Origin: Lytechinus pictus
Lineage: Eukaryota
Length of the DNA: 64,000 nucleotides
Assembly: GCF_037042905.1 (NCBI RefSeq)
Contig: NC_087250.1
Location: forward strand, 18,538,001 to 18,602,000
Reading direction: 5' to 3'
Shown here: positions 36,799 to 51,713 of the stretch, one piece after another
How the letters are laid out: every line of letters begins with the position of its first letter
Numbering within the stretch: the stretch's first letter is position 1
Program-made: the position numbers and the translations under genes
The notes under the pieces: generated by a model
What the model was told of the DNA's origin: nothing
Database searches by the model: none
Seen by the model: the letters and a program-made list of their open reading frames with translations, nothing else

Positions 36799-39700
36799 AT
36801 GTCCGAGCCTGCTGAATTAAAGAAAGTCACAGCTAATGGCGGTGGTGATGCAAGTGTAAGAACAAGGAAGCCGACTGAAAAAGGAATTCAAAATCAGTTG
36901 GATGCGAAGCTTAAAGCCTGGAAGAGTTCTCTCACCAAATGGAGAAGGCTTTCCAATAAACTTAGAGAGCTTCTAGTTGAAGATGAGGTTGAATCTTCGG
37001 TGATAAAGGATGGCCGTGATAACTTGCAAGCAGCCATGGACAATGTCATCTCAGTGCAGGAGAATTTAGCCGAATTATCTTCATCCCTAAATATTAATGA
37101 TAGCAGTGAGGAGAAATTTGATGAAATTGAAGAAGAACATTCCTCCTTGATGAAGGACACTTTAAAGACGCTTCTTGCACTACGAGGCGAAATGTCTTCA
37201 CATAAAGGAACTTCTCACTTGTCCGTCTCGTCAACATCATGAAAGTTGTGCCAGGAGTGGGTAGACGATTCAAGGAAGGTAAATTCTCCAAAGGAAAAGG
37301 ACATTACCACGATGAGAAGGATTGATGAACCAACCGATGATCCTGAAGCAGTGTCACACAAGAATGTGCATACATCAAGCCTTCATAAAGAAGAAGTTGC
37401 CCTTGCTAGTAGTTTGACGGAGCTTCTTCGCTTGAACAGTCTTCCAATACCTGAGCCTGGAGTTTTCGATGGTAATCCACTGGAATTCACATCATGGAAG
37501 CGAAGTTATGATGCTCTCATTGAACATCGCGGTATTCCAGCTGGAGAGAGATTCTACTTCCTGCTGAAGTATCTTACAGGTGCACCATTGGTGTTGGTGA
37601 AAGGATACTCCTTGCTGGGAGATGACGCCGCATATGTGGAAGCCATGAAGGTGCTACAAGAAAGGTACGGAAATCCCTTTGTTATTTCCAATGCCTTCCG
37701 GGACAAACTCGATGACTGGCCTAAAATCAGCCCCAAGGACTATTTAGGCCTTCGGAGATTTGGAGATTTTCTTCACCAGTGTTGTACAGCAGCCAGATAC
37801 GTCCATCACTTACATCATTTGGATGATGAAAGAGAGAACAAAAAATTGATGAGCAAACTGCCTGATTGGCTAATCACGAGATGGGGCAGGAATGTAGTCA
37901 AATGGCGGCAAGACAGAGGATCCTTTCCTCCCTTTTCTGTCTTCACAGAATTCATCTGCGACGAAGCAGATATCGCTTGTGATCCGATCACTTCTAATCA
38001 GACATCATCCTTGAAAGAAAGGAGACAGCAGTCTTCTAATGTGAGAACATTATCGACCAGTGTGCAGGGGCAGCAAGCAAATGGAGGGAAAGGAAAATGG
38101 AAACCCCTTTGCACCTACTGTAAGGGAGAACATCATCTTACTACTTGTAAATACTTCATGTCACAGACATTAGCTCACCGAACCAAATTTGTTTTCGATC
38201 ATGGTCTATGCTTTGGATGTTTAAAGTCCGGTCATCTATCTAAGAATTGTAAGAAGAGGTCATCATGTTAAACATGCAAAAGACGTCACCCCACTGTTCT
38301 GCATGAAAACTGGACAGAAAGACAAGAATCTAAGAAAGTTGAAATAAGGAATGAAGCTGAGGAAACTTAAACCACAAGATCTCATGCTTCAACCACGACG
38401 GACAATCACAGATCTCTAAAGACATCTACTATAGTTCCTGTGTGGCTATCGCATGAATCAGTACCTGGGGAGAGGTTAGTGTACGCTATGCTGGACACTC
38501 AGTCAGACACTAGCTTCATTTTAGATAAGACTAAGGAAGCAATGGGCATTGAAGGAATAGCAGTCAACTTGCTTCTTTCGACCATGACGCAGGCCAATGA
38601 GAGAATTTCGAGTGAAAAGATCAGTGGACTTAAGGTTCGAGCATTTAACGGAAGAGAAGAAATTTGTTTGCCCCCCACTTACACTCGGAATATTATGCCG
38701 GCAAATCGAGAACACATACCAACGCCAGACATTGCTAAGGCGCACTCTCACTTAAAGACATAGCCAAACATTTGATTCCCCTTCAAGATTGCGAGATTGG
38801 ACTTCTCATTGGCTATGATTGTGCAAGGGCTCTCACTCCGCGAGCTGTGTTAAGCTCCCCTGATGATGGTGGACCATTTGGATTACAAACTGATCTTGGA
38901 TGGAGTGTTGTCGGTACAATAGAACCCAACTATCATGACAGTGCGCATGATCATATTGGAATCAGTCATCGCGTTATGGTGCACGTTGTTCCAGAAGAAT
39001 TGCAAGTAGATGGCCATCCAACCACAGTTACCTTCAGCCATCAATCAAGGATTAAGGAAGAGATCACTCCCTCTCAAGTCATACGTCTTTTAGAAGCAGA
39101 CTTTGCACCAGAGAAAAGACAAAGGCCATATTCGAGGAATGACTTGAGATTTCTAGAGATAATGGAGCGTCAAGTTCATGTGTCTGAAAGTGGTCATTAT
39201 GAGATGCCCCTGCCATTTCGTGATGAAAATCCTACTCTTCCAAATAATAGGGTCCTTGCCGAGAAAAGACTCAATCATCTCAAGACAAAGTTTAAGAAGG
39301 ATCCTGTGTATCATGAACAATATACAAAACAAATGAATACCCTCTTCAATAGCAACTATGCAGAGGTCGCATCAGAATCAGGAGAAGAGGGTAAAGTATG
39401 GTACATTCCCCATCATTGAGTGAAACAGCCCAACAAGTTGAGAGTTGTTTTTGACTGCAGCTCGCAGTTTAGAGGAACTTCATTGAATGCTCACTTGTTA
39501 ACAGGACCGGATATGACTAATACCCTCACCGGTGTTCTTTGTCGATTCAGGAAAGAAGTCACGGCCTTCATGTGTGACGTGAAGGAAATGTTCCACCAAT
39601 TCCAGGTAAATAAAGAGCATAGAAACTATCTCCGGTTTCTATGGTGGTTAAACGGAGATGTTAGTCGCCGACTTAGTGACTGCCAGATGAACGTTCATCT

Positions 39701-42504
39701 GTTTGGTGCAGCTTCATCGTCTGGCTGTTCGAACCTTGCATTAAAGCAGATTGCAAAAGACTATTCAGATGAGTTTGGACATGATGCATCAGATTTCATA
39801 CAGAACGACTTCTACGTAGACGATGGGTTGAAATCTGTATCAACCGAAGATGAAGCCATTGATCTCATCATGAGGACGAGAAAGATTTGTGAACGTGGAC
39901 GTCTTCACCTGCATAAGATTGTATCCAACTCCAGAAAGGTAATGCAATCTGTTCCAGTTGATGACAGAGGAAAGGACCTCAAGGAATTGAATCTTTCGCA
40001 AGACACCTTGCCTGTGGAAAAGGCTCTCGGAGTCCAATGGTGCATTGAATCAGATAAATTTCAATTCAGGATCAACTTTCAGGATAAACCACTGACTCGA
40101 AGAGGAATCCTGTCTACAGTCATGTCAGTGTATGATCCTCTGGGACTATTAGCACCCATAATACTTCCTGCAAAGCTGATTCTCCAAGAATTATGTCGGA
40201 TTTCTGCTGAATGGGACGACCCCTTATCGGATACACTCAAAGCTAAGTGGGAACAGTGGAAGACCGACATTCTCCAACTTCAGTACATCTCCATCGATAG
40301 ATGCTACAAACCAAAAGACTTTGGAGAAATCAGAGATGTGCAACTTCATCACTTCAGTGATGCCAGTAACGCCGGTTATGGGCAGTGTACCTACCTGAGA
40401 CTTACAAATCAAGAAGACAAGGTGCACTGTACCCTGGTGATGGGAAAATCCAGGGTCACTCCTATCAAGACGGTAACCGTGCCCCGATTAGAGTTAACAG
40501 CAGCCCTGTTATCTGTAAAAATTAGTTCCTTTCTGCAAAATGAACTCGATTTTGTAAATGCCAAGCATTTCTTCTGGACTGATAGCAGAGTAGTTTTAGG
40601 CTACATTAAGAATGAAGCAAGACGATATCATGTTTTCGTAGCCAATAGAGTGAGTCAGATCAGAGACGAGTCACTGCCTTCACAGTGGCATCATATTGAC
40701 ACCAAAATAACCCTGCTGATACAGCTTCAAGAGGACTCACTGTCAATCAGATAGAGCAATCAAGATGGTTAACTGGCCCCAAATTCCTATGGGAGAAGGA
40801 AATTCCAGCTATTGAAAGTAAGGATGATGGCGAAATCCTTCCTAATGACCCCGAAGTGAAGCTAACTCAAGCTCATGCTGCTTTCAAGAAGAATGATGAG
40901 TTTGAGCTGGAACGACTAGACCGCTTTTCCAGTTGGCATCAAACCAGAAGGGCTGTAGCAAATTGTCTCAGACTAAAGTCCTACTTACGAAGACGATGTG
41001 AACAGAAGCATCAGAGAGCTAACCAGAAGAAAACGTTATCGAGCCTATGTCTGCTGAATTACTTGCCCAAGCAGAAAAGGAGATAATTAGGCATATACAA
41101 AGAAAGGCATTCCATGATGAAATTCAAAGACAGGAAGTTATGAAAAATGCCACTCAGACATCTTCTCGTGAGAGGAGACGTCATTGTAAGACTACCAGCC
41201 GTCTACAACAACTTGATCCATTTCTAGATGGTGAGAACATCCTGAGAGTAGGAGGTCGCTTGAGAAGGTCTAAAACTTCGTTCACAAACAAACATCCCGC
41301 CATCCTACCTCAAAATCATGTTACGGACCTGATTGTAGCTCATTGTCACAAAGAAGTTGCTCATCAGGGAAGAGGCATGACTACTAACTGTATCAGATCC
41401 CATGGTTATTGGATTTTGGGTTGCAGTAATCTTGTATCCAAGCTCATCTCTCGATGTGTTACCTGTCGGAAACTACGACGACCAACACAGGTACAAAAAA
41501 TGGCGGATCTACCAAAGGATCGTCTAACCTCTGAACCGCCATTTTCTTACTGCGGTATGGATTGCTTTGGACCATGGATAATCAGAGAAGGCAGAAAGGA
41601 GGTAAAGAAATACGGCCTTCTTTTTACTTGTATGTCGTCGCGTGCAATCCACATAGAAGTACTGAACTCGTTGTCCACTGATGCGTTTATTAATGCCCTT
41701 CGACGTTTTATCTCTGTTCGTGGTCCTGTTCGTCAATTGAGGTCGGACAGAGGAACAAATTTTGTTGGTGCCGAGAATGAACTCATGAAAGCTTGGAAGG
41801 AGATGAATCATGAGAAAGTTAAACAGCATTTGCTCCGAGAAGGATGCGATTACTTTGCCTTCACCTTCAACTTCCCCTGCTCAAGCCACATGGGAGGAGC
41901 TTGGGAAAGGCAAATACGTACTGTTCGTAGAGTCTTGGAAGCATTGCTGCGTCAAAATAGTCAGCAACTGGACGACGATTCACTGCGAACGTTGCTATGT
42001 GAGGCAGCAGCTATTGTGAATAGTCGTCCACTGTCTGTAGAATTCCTGAACGATCCATCTCACCTAGAGCCCATAACTCCAATTCTATTGTTGACTCAAA
42101 AATCAAGGGTAATACTTCCGCCACCTGGTGTTTTTCCTCGGGAGGACTTGTACGCAAAGAAACGTTGGAGAAGAGTTCAACATCTAGCAAATGAATTTTG
42201 GTCCCGTTGGAGGAAGGAATTCCTGAGTCAACTTCAATCAAGAAATAAATGGACTGTTCCACAGCGCGACATGAGGGTTGGCGATATCGTGTTAATCAAA
42301 GAAGAGAATATTCCCAGAAATATGTGGTCTCTAGGGAGAGTTGTTGAAACATATGCTTCTGGTGACACTCATATTCGCAAAGTGAAAATTGCAGTAGGTA
42401 ATTCAAAACTGAACAATCAAGGAAAGCGTGTTTCTCCACTGTCTCATCTCGACCGCCCAATTCATAAACTGGTTCTTTTGATCGCGCTAGAAGACCAAGT
42501 ATAA
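36799..42504 (+). pseudogene. BEL/Pao gag-pol, copy 1, disrupted
   Basis: Cys/His knuckles, LDTQS protease, YVDD RT, FSDAS RNase H, DDE integrase; stops at 37240, 38269, 38368, 39417 and frameshifts near 38750, 40705, 41035. Confidence 0.95.
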
Positions 42505-43764
42505 ATTCCCAGCCAAAGAGCCTATAGACATTTAATTAGGATTTTATCTTTCATTTAAATATGTTATTAATTGATATTTGTATAAAGCGAACTCAGAAAA
42601 TACAGTCAAAACGTGAAACCGAGAGACATTCATATTTGAGAACATATTTACTTTAGACTCTGATTGGACAATGATGCATTTCGAATCTACAGAGAAGACT
42701 GTATGAACATTTATGGTTGAAGAAGGATGAATATTTGACATAAATTTGAATTTCTTTATAAGATCGAGTAACTTATTATTCATTTTAAGGTCTGAAATTT
42801 AGACTAAAAGCTACATGTATCATATTTTATACATGTATTTGAGTCTGAATTCAGACTACATGTTCATGTTCAGTGAGATATATGATCTTGTTCTTTATAC
42901 TCGTAATGATCTACATGTATACAAGTACAATACAACAAAATTGTGAATTACTCTTAATCAGGTCTGAATTTTGAGACTAGTTATACTGTGGTGTGGCATA
43001 TAATACAAAGTGCTTCCTTTTCAATGACTGATATGTCATGTTAGATTTCATTCCACTTGTAATGTGCATCTAATGAAGGTTCATGTAATGCATGTATATC
43101 GTTTTCAAATGATCGACAAAAGTTTTGTCCACAGGATTGATTTTTTTTTATGCAAGTGAGTTTTATGAATCATATCACCTTTCTGACATAATGACGATAT
43201 AATGATTTAGTGATATCAACAGTTCACCTTTTGGACTATTACAGTTGCTCAAAGAAATCCTCGGATTGCATAAGGTTCTATGATATATAGGTAGTATAGT
43301 GTAAGTAGAAAAATAGAAATAGAAAGAATGTATTGTATCATATCTTTTAACAAGCAGTATTTAATTGACGTGATAAACGGTGTAGTCATCACCTTTTCAA
43401 TTACAGAATCTTACAGTTTCGTAGATTCAGGTTTTGATTTGAACAAAATTCTGTCGGCTTGATAAAATGCCGACTTTGGTAGTAATGTTAACTTTGGGCA
43501 CCGGATGGTTTAGTCATTTTTCTTGTGCCTTTTTATTCAAAGAAAACATAAAATTTGTATTGATAATAAAAAAAAAAAAAAAAAAGGGTGAAATTGTAGT
43601 ATCAGTGCACAATATTTAACATTTGTTTCTGCTGTAAGATATCTCAAGTCGTTCTTTGCAAGTGTAGCAATAATGAAATGTACATTTACTTTACTAAAGC
43701 TAATAAGGTACAGCTTTCTGTCTGAGCATGTTAGTAAATTAGAAATGATAATTTAAAGGAGCCA

Positions 43765-44700
43765 TGTAATGAAAGCTGGTTTGAAGATAATTTTGTATAT
43801 CTAATTTTTCTGAAAAGCCATCAAATGATTTAATGTGTTAAAACTGAAGAATTTCATTGGGTCTGAGGGTCAGACTATTTGAGTGAGCACACACACATTT
43901 TCTATGTATTTACACTGTGCATGTATAGTATATGTGCTTTGTATGGCTTGTCTGAGGTATTTTATTAATAGCGCCATCTCTTGGTCAACTGAGGTAATGT
44001 GATATTGAAATCAGTTCTGGAGATTCTGTTTGAGAATTTGAATCAAAATAAATCTAAAGCATCCTACATGGGATTGCCCTATATAAGAAGATTTCTGGAG
44101 GCAAAGAGGTCAGTAGAAACATTGATTTATGTATTTAAGAAATATGAATGTTATAATGCAAGAAAAGTTTATTCTAACTTGGTTTGATTACATGACAGGC
44201 TTAATGCATCAATGTATGTGAAGAAAGATAACAGAAAGTATGTTTGTCAATTGTATCTCAAACACCTGATAATGCTATAGTATATTCTAATTGATGTCTA
44301 AGAGACAATTATATATTAGTATTAAGTACATGAATTTCACAGGTGTAATTTACTGCTGACTGCTGAAGATGTTTGGTTGTATACAATTTAGTGAGAAGCT
44401 TTTCAGTGCTAAATATTTCAATGTATCTTGAAACTAGATTGTGATTTACATTCAGGTCAAATGATTAATTTATCATAATGGTCAGAGTCATAAATGATGT
44501 AAAGTTTTATTGTTCTTGTACTTATGACTTTCCTATCATTTTGTTTCTACCAACAGTTTTCACGGAATTTGCTTCATGTCGATATAGAGAAAATGCTAAG
44601 AAGAAATGAATGAAGAATTAAAAGGATGACATGAAACTTTATATTCCTGTTGAGACCTTTGTTTTTATTTTTTGAACGCTCAAACAAGTCTTCAGTTACA
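43765..44700 (+). repeat. LTR 2 (936 bp, shared)
   Basis: Preceded by purine tract aaaggagcca, followed by gtgaaaactct. Confidence 0.96.
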
Positions 44701-44749
44701 GTGAAAACTCTATGCAAAGACTTATTATCATTACATAAAAGGATTCAAG

Positions 44750-47700
44750 ATGTCCGAGCCTGCTGAATTAAAGAAAGTCACAGCTAATGGCGGTGGTGAT
44801 GCAAGTGTAAGAACAAGGAAGCCGACTGAAAAAGGAATTCAAAATCAGTTGGATGCGAAGCTTAAAGCCTGGAAGAGTTCTCTCACCAAATGGAGAAGGC
44901 TTTCCAATAAACTTAGAGAGCTTCTAGTTGAAGATGAGGTTGAATCTTCGGTGATAAAGGATGGCCGTGATAACTTGCAAGCAGCCATGGACAATGTCAT
45001 CTCAGTGCAGGAGAATTTAGCCGAATTATCTTCATCCCTAAATATTAATGATAGCAGTGAGGAGAAATTTGATGAAATTGAAGAAGAACATTCCTCCTTG
45101 ATGAAGGACACTTTAAAGACGCTTCTTGCACTACGAGGCGAAATGTCTTCACATAAAGGAACTTCTCACTTGTCCGTCTCGTCAACATCATGAAAGTTGT
45201 GCCAGGAGTGGGTAGACGATTCAAGGAAGGTAAATTCTCCAAAGGAAAAGGACATTACCACGATGAGAAGGATTGATGAACCAACCGATGATCCTGAAGC
45301 AGTGTCACACAAGAATGTGCATACATCAAGCCTTCATAAAGAAGAAGTTGCCCTTGCTAGTAGTTTGACGGAGCTTCTTCGCTTGAACAGTCTTCCAATA
45401 CCTGAGCCTGGAGTTTTCGATGGTAATCCACTGGAATTCACATCATGGAAGCGAAGTTATGATGCTCTCATTGAACATCGCGGTATTCCAGCTGGAGAGA
45501 GATTCTACTTCCTGCTGAAGTATCTTACAGGTGCACCATTGGTGTTGGTGAAAGGATACTCCTTGCTGGGAGATGACGCCGCATATGTGGAAGCCATGAA
45601 GGTGCTACAAGAAAGGTACGGAAATCCCTTTGTTATTTCCAATGCCTTCCGGGACAAACTCGATGACTGGCCTAAAATCAGCCCCAAGGACTATTTAGGC
45701 CTTCGGAGATTTGGAGATTTTCTTCACCAGTGTTGTACAGCAGCCAGATACGTCCATCACTTACATCATTTGGATGATGAAAGAGAGAACAAAAAATTGA
45801 TGAGCAAACTGCCTGATTGGCTAATCACGAGATGGGGCAGGAATGTAGTCAAATGGCGGCAAGACAGAGGATCCTTTCCTCCCTTTTCTGTCTTCACAGA
45901 ATTCATCTGCGACGAAGCAGATATCGCTTGTGATCCGATCACTTCTAATCAGACATCATCCTTGAAAGAAAGGAGACAGCAGTCTTCTAATGTGAGAACA
46001 TTATCGACCAGTGTGCAGGGGCAGCAAGCAAATGGAGGGAAAGGAAAATGGAAACCCCTTTGCACCTACTGTAAGGGAGAACATCATCTTACTACTTGTA
46101 AATACTTCATGTCACAGACATTAGCTCACCGAACCAAATTTGTTTTCGATCATGGTCTATGCTTTGGATGTTTAAAGTCCGGTCATCTATCTAAGAATTG
46201 TAAGAAGAGGTCATCATGTTAAACATGCAAAAGACGTCACCCCACTGTTCTGCATGAAAACTGGACAGAAAGACAAGAATCTAAGAAAGTTGAAATAAGG
46301 AATGAAGCTGAGGAAACTTAAACCACAAGATCTCATGCTTCAACCACGACGGACAATCACAGATCTCTAAAGACATCTACTATAGTTCCTGTGTGGCTAT
46401 CGCATGAATCAGTACCTGGGGAGAGGTTAGTGTACGCTATGCTGGACACTCAGTCAGACACTAGCTTCATTTTAGATAAGACTAAGGAAGCAATGGGCAT
46501 TGAAGGAATAGCAGTCAACTTGCTTCTTTCGACCATGACGCAGGCCAATGAGAGAATTTCGAGTGAAAAGATCAGTGGACTTAAGGTTCGAGCATTTAAC
46601 GGAAGAGAAGAAATTTGTTTGCCCCCCACTTACACTCGGAATATTATGCCGGCAAATCGAGAACACATACCAACGCCAGACATTGCTAAGGCGCACTCTC
46701 ACTTAAAGACATAGCCAAACATTTGATTCCCCTTCAAGATTGCGAGATTGGACTTCTCATTGGCTATGATTGTGCAAGGGCTCTCACTCCGCGAGCTGTG
46801 TTAAGCTCCCCTGATGATGGTGGACCATTTGGATTACAAACTGATCTTGGATGGAGTGTTGTCGGTACAATAGAACCCAACTATCATGACAGTGCGCATG
46901 ATCATATTGGAATCAGTCATCGCGTTATGGTGCACGTTGTTCCAGAAGAATTGCAAGTAGATGGCCATCCAACCACAGTTACCTTCAGCCATCAATCAAG
47001 GATTAAGGAAGAGATCACTCCCTCTCAAGTCATACGTCTTTTAGAAGCAGACTTTGCACCAGAGAAAAGACAAAGGCCATATTCGAGGAATGACTTGAGA
47101 TTTCTAGAGATAATGGAGCGTCAAGTTCATGTGTCTGAAAGTGGTCATTATGAGATGCCCCTGCCATTTCGTGATGAAAATCCTACTCTTCCAAATAATA
47201 GGGTCCTTGCCGAGAAAAGACTCAATCATCTCAAGACAAAGTTTAAGAAGGATCCTGTGTATCATGAACAATATACAAAACAAATGAATACCCTCTTCAA
47301 TAGCAACTATGCAGAGGTCGCATCAGAATCAGGAGAAGAGGGTAAAGTATGGTACATTCCCCATCATTGAGTGAAACAGCCCAACAAGTTGAGAGTTGTT
47401 TTTGACTGCAGCTCGCAGTTTAGAGGAACTTCATTGAATGCTCACTTGTTAACAGGACCGGATATGACTAATACCCTCACCGGTGTTCTTTGTCGATTCA
47501 GGAAAGAAGTCACGGCCTTCATGTGTGACGTGAAGGAAATGTTCCACCAATTCCAGGTAAATAAAGAGCATAGAAACTATCTCCGGTTTCTATGGTGGTT
47601 AAACGGAGATGTTAGTCGCCGACTTAGTGACTGCCAGATGAACGTTCATCTGTTTGGTGCAGCTTCATCGTCTGGCTGTTCGAACCTTGCATTAAAGCAG

Positions 47701-50455
47701 ATTGCAAAAGACTATTCAGATGAGTTTGGACATGATGCATCAGATTTCATACAGAACGACTTCTACGTAGACGATGGGTTGAAATCTGTATCAACCGAAG
47801 ATGAAGCCATTGATCTCATCATGAGGACGAGAAAGATTTGTGAACGTGGACGTCTTCACCTGCATAAGATTGTATCCAACTCCAGAAAGGTAATGCAATC
47901 TGTTCCAGTTGATGACAGAGGAAAGGACCTCAAGGAATTGAATCTTTCGCAAGACACCTTGCCTGTGGAAAAGGCTCTCGGAGTCCAATGGTGCATTGAA
48001 TCAGATAAATTTCAATTCAGGATCAACTTTCAGGATAAACCACTGACTCGAAGAGGAATCCTGTCTACAGTCATGTCAGTGTATGATCCTCTGGGACTAT
48101 TAGCACCCATAATACTTCCTGCAAAGCTGATTCTCCAAGAATTATGTCGGATTTCTGCTGAATGGGACGACCCCTTATCGGATACACTCAAAGCTAAGTG
48201 GGAACAGTGGAAGACCGACATTCTCCAACTTCAGTACATCTCCATCGATAGATGCTACAAACCAAAAGACTTTGGAGAAATCAGAGATGTGCAACTTCAT
48301 CACTTCAGTGATGCCAGTAACGCCGGTTATGGGCAGTGTACCTACCTGAGACTTACAAATCAAGAAGACAAGGTGCACTGTACCCTGGTGATGGGAAAAT
48401 CCAGGGTCACTCCTATCAAGACGGTAACCGTGCCCCGATTAGAGTTAACAGCAGCCCTGTTATCTGTAAAAATTAGTTCCTTTCTGCAAAATGAACTCGA
48501 TTTTGTAAATGCCAAGCATTTCTTCTGGACTGATAGCAGAGTAGTTTTAGGCTACATTAAGAATGAAGCAAGACGATATCATGTTTTCGTAGCCAATAGA
48601 GTGAGTCAGATCAGAGACGAGTCACTGCCTTCACAGTGGCATCATATTGACACCAAAATAACCCTGCTGATACAGCTTCAAGAGGACTCACTGTCAATCA
48701 GATAGAGCAATCAAGATGGTTAACTGGCCCCAAATTCCTATGGGAGAAGGAAATTCCAGCTATTGAAAGTAAGGATGATGGCGAAATCCTTCCTAATGAC
48801 CCCGAAGTGAAGCTAACTCAAGCTCATGCTGCTTTCAAGAAGAATGATGAGTTTGAGCTGGAACGACTAGACCGCTTTTCCAGTTGGCATCAAACCAGAA
48901 GGGCTGTAGCAAATTGTCTCAGACTAAAGTCCTACTTACGAAGACGATGTGAACAGAAGCATCAGAGAGCTAACCAGAAGAAAACGTTATCGAGCCTATG
49001 TCTGCTGAATTACTTGCCCAAGCAGAAAAGGAGATAATTAGGCATATACAAAGAAAGGCATTCCATGATGAAATTCAAAGACAGGAAGTTATGAAAAATG
49101 CCACTCAGACATCTTCTCGTGAGAGGAGACGTCATTGTAAGACTACCAGCCGTCTACAACAACTTGATCCATTTCTAGATGGTGAGAACATCCTGAGAGT
49201 AGGAGGTCGCTTGAGAAGGTCTAAAACTTCGTTCACAAACAAACATCCCGCCATCCTACCTCAAAATCATGTTACGGACCTGATTGTAGCTCATTGTCAC
49301 AAAGAAGTTGCTCATCAGGGAAGAGGCATGACTACTAACTGTATCAGATCCCATGGTTATTGGATTTTGGGTTGCAGTAATCTTGTATCCAAGCTCATCT
49401 CTCGATGTGTTACCTGTCGGAAACTACGACGACCAACACAGGTACAAAAAATGGCGGATCTACCAAAGGATCGTCTAACCTCTGAACCGCCATTTTCTTA
49501 CTGCGGTATGGATTGCTTTGGACCATGGATAATCAGAGAAGGCAGAAAGGAGGTAAAGAAATACGGCCTTCTTTTTACTTGTATGTCGTCGCGTGCAATC
49601 CACATAGAAGTACTGAACTCGTTGTCCACTGATGCGTTTATTAATGCCCTTCGACGTTTTATCTCTGTTCGTGGTCCTGTTCGTCAATTGAGGTCGGACA
49701 GAGGAACAAATTTTGTTGGTGCCGAGAATGAACTCATGAAAGCTTGGAAGGAGATGAATCATGAGAAAGTTAAACAGCATTTGCTCCGAGAAGGATGCGA
49801 TTACTTTGCCTTCACCTTCAACTTCCCCTGCTCAAGCCACATGGGAGGAGCTTGGGAAAGGCAAATACGTACTGTTCGTAGAGTCTTGGAAGCATTGCTG
49901 CGTCAAAATAGTCAGCAACTGGACGACGATTCACTGCGAACATTGCTATGTGAGGCAGCAGCTATTGTGAATAGTCGTCCACTGTCTGTAGAATTCCTGA
50001 ACGATCCATCTCACCTAGAGCCCATAACTCCAATTCTATTGTTGACTCAAAAATCAAGGGTAATACTTCCGCCACCTGGTGTTTTTCCTCGGGAGGACTT
50101 GTACGCAAAGAAACGTTGGAGAAGAGTTCAACATCTAGCAAATGAATTTTGGTCCCGTTGGAGGAAGGAATTCCTGAGTCAACTTCAATCAAGAAATAAA
50201 TGGACTGTTCCACAGCGCGACATGAGGGTTGGCGATATCGTGTTAATCAAAGAAGAGAATATTCCCAGAAATATGTGGTCTCTAGGGAGAGTTGTTGAAA
50301 CATATGCTTCTGGTGACACTCATATTCGCAAAGTGAAAATTGCAGTAGGTAATTCAAAACTGAACAATCAAGGAAAGCGTGTTTCTCCACTGTCTCATCT
50401 CGACCGCCCAATTCATAAACTGGTTCTTTTGATCGCGCTAGAAGACCAAGTATAA
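44750..50455 (+). pseudogene. BEL/Pao gag-pol, copy 2, same lesions as copy 1
   Basis: ORF pieces offset by 7951 with essentially identical translations. Confidence 0.95.
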
Positions 50456-51713
50456 ATTCCCAGCCAAAGAGCCTATAGACATTTAATTAGGATTTTATCT
50501 TTCATTTAAATATGTTATTAATTGATATTTGTATAAAGCGAACTCAGAAAATACAGTCAAAACGTGAAACCGAGAGACATTCATATTTGAGAACATATTT
50601 ACTTTAGACTCTGATTGGACAATGATGCATTTCGAATCTACAGAGAAGACTGTATGAACATTTATGGTTGAAGAAGGATGAATATTTGACATAAATTTGA
50701 ATTTCTTTATAAGATCGAGTAACTTATTATTCATTTTAAGGTCTGAAATTTAGACTAAAAGCTACATGTATCATATTTTATACATGTATTTGAGTCTGAA
50801 TTCAGACTACATGTTCATGTTCAGTGAGATATATGATCTTGTTCTTTATACTCGTAATGATCTACATGTATACAAGTACAATACAACAAAATTGTGAATT
50901 ACTCTTAATCAGGTCTGAATTTTGAGACTAGTTATACTGTGGTGTGGCATATAATACAAAGTGCTTCCTTTTCAATGACTGATATGTCATGTTAGATTTC
51001 ATTCCACTTGTAATGTGCATCTAATGAAGGTTCATGTAATGCATGTATATCGTTTTCAAATGATCGACAAAAGTTTTGTCCACAGGATTGATTTTTTTTT
51101 ATGCAAGTGAGTTTTATGAATCATATCACCTTTCTGACATAATGACGATATAATGATTTAGTGATATCAACAGTTCACCTTTTGGACTATTACAGTTGCT
51201 CAAAGAAATCCTCGGATTGCATAAGGTTCTATGATATATAGGTAGTATAGTGTAAGTAGAAAAATAGAAATAGAAAGAATGTATTGTATCATATCTTTTA
51301 ACAAGCAGTATTTAATTGACGTGATAAACGGTGTAGTCATCACCTTTTCAATTACAGAATCTTACAGTTTCGTAGATTCAGGTTTTGATTTGAACAAAAT
51401 TCTGTCGGCTTGATAAAATGCCGACTTTGGTAGTAATGTTAACTTTGGGCACCGGATGGTTTAGTCATTTTTCTTGTGCCTTTTTATTCAAAGAAAACAT
51501 AAAATTTGTATTGATAATAAAAAAAAAAAAAAAAGGGTGAAATTGTAGTATCAGTGCACAATATTTAACATTTGTTTCTGCTGTAAGATATCTCAAGTCG
51601 TTCTTTGCAAGTGTAGCAATAATGAAATGTACATTTACTTTACTAAAGCTAATAAGGTACAGCTTTCTGTCTGAGCATGTTAGTAAATTAGAAATGATAA
51701 TTTAAAGGAGCCA

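Noticed and set aside
42544-42783. Antisense 79-aa ORF or env-like gene
   Set aside because: Short, AT-rich, no signal peptide or transmembrane pattern
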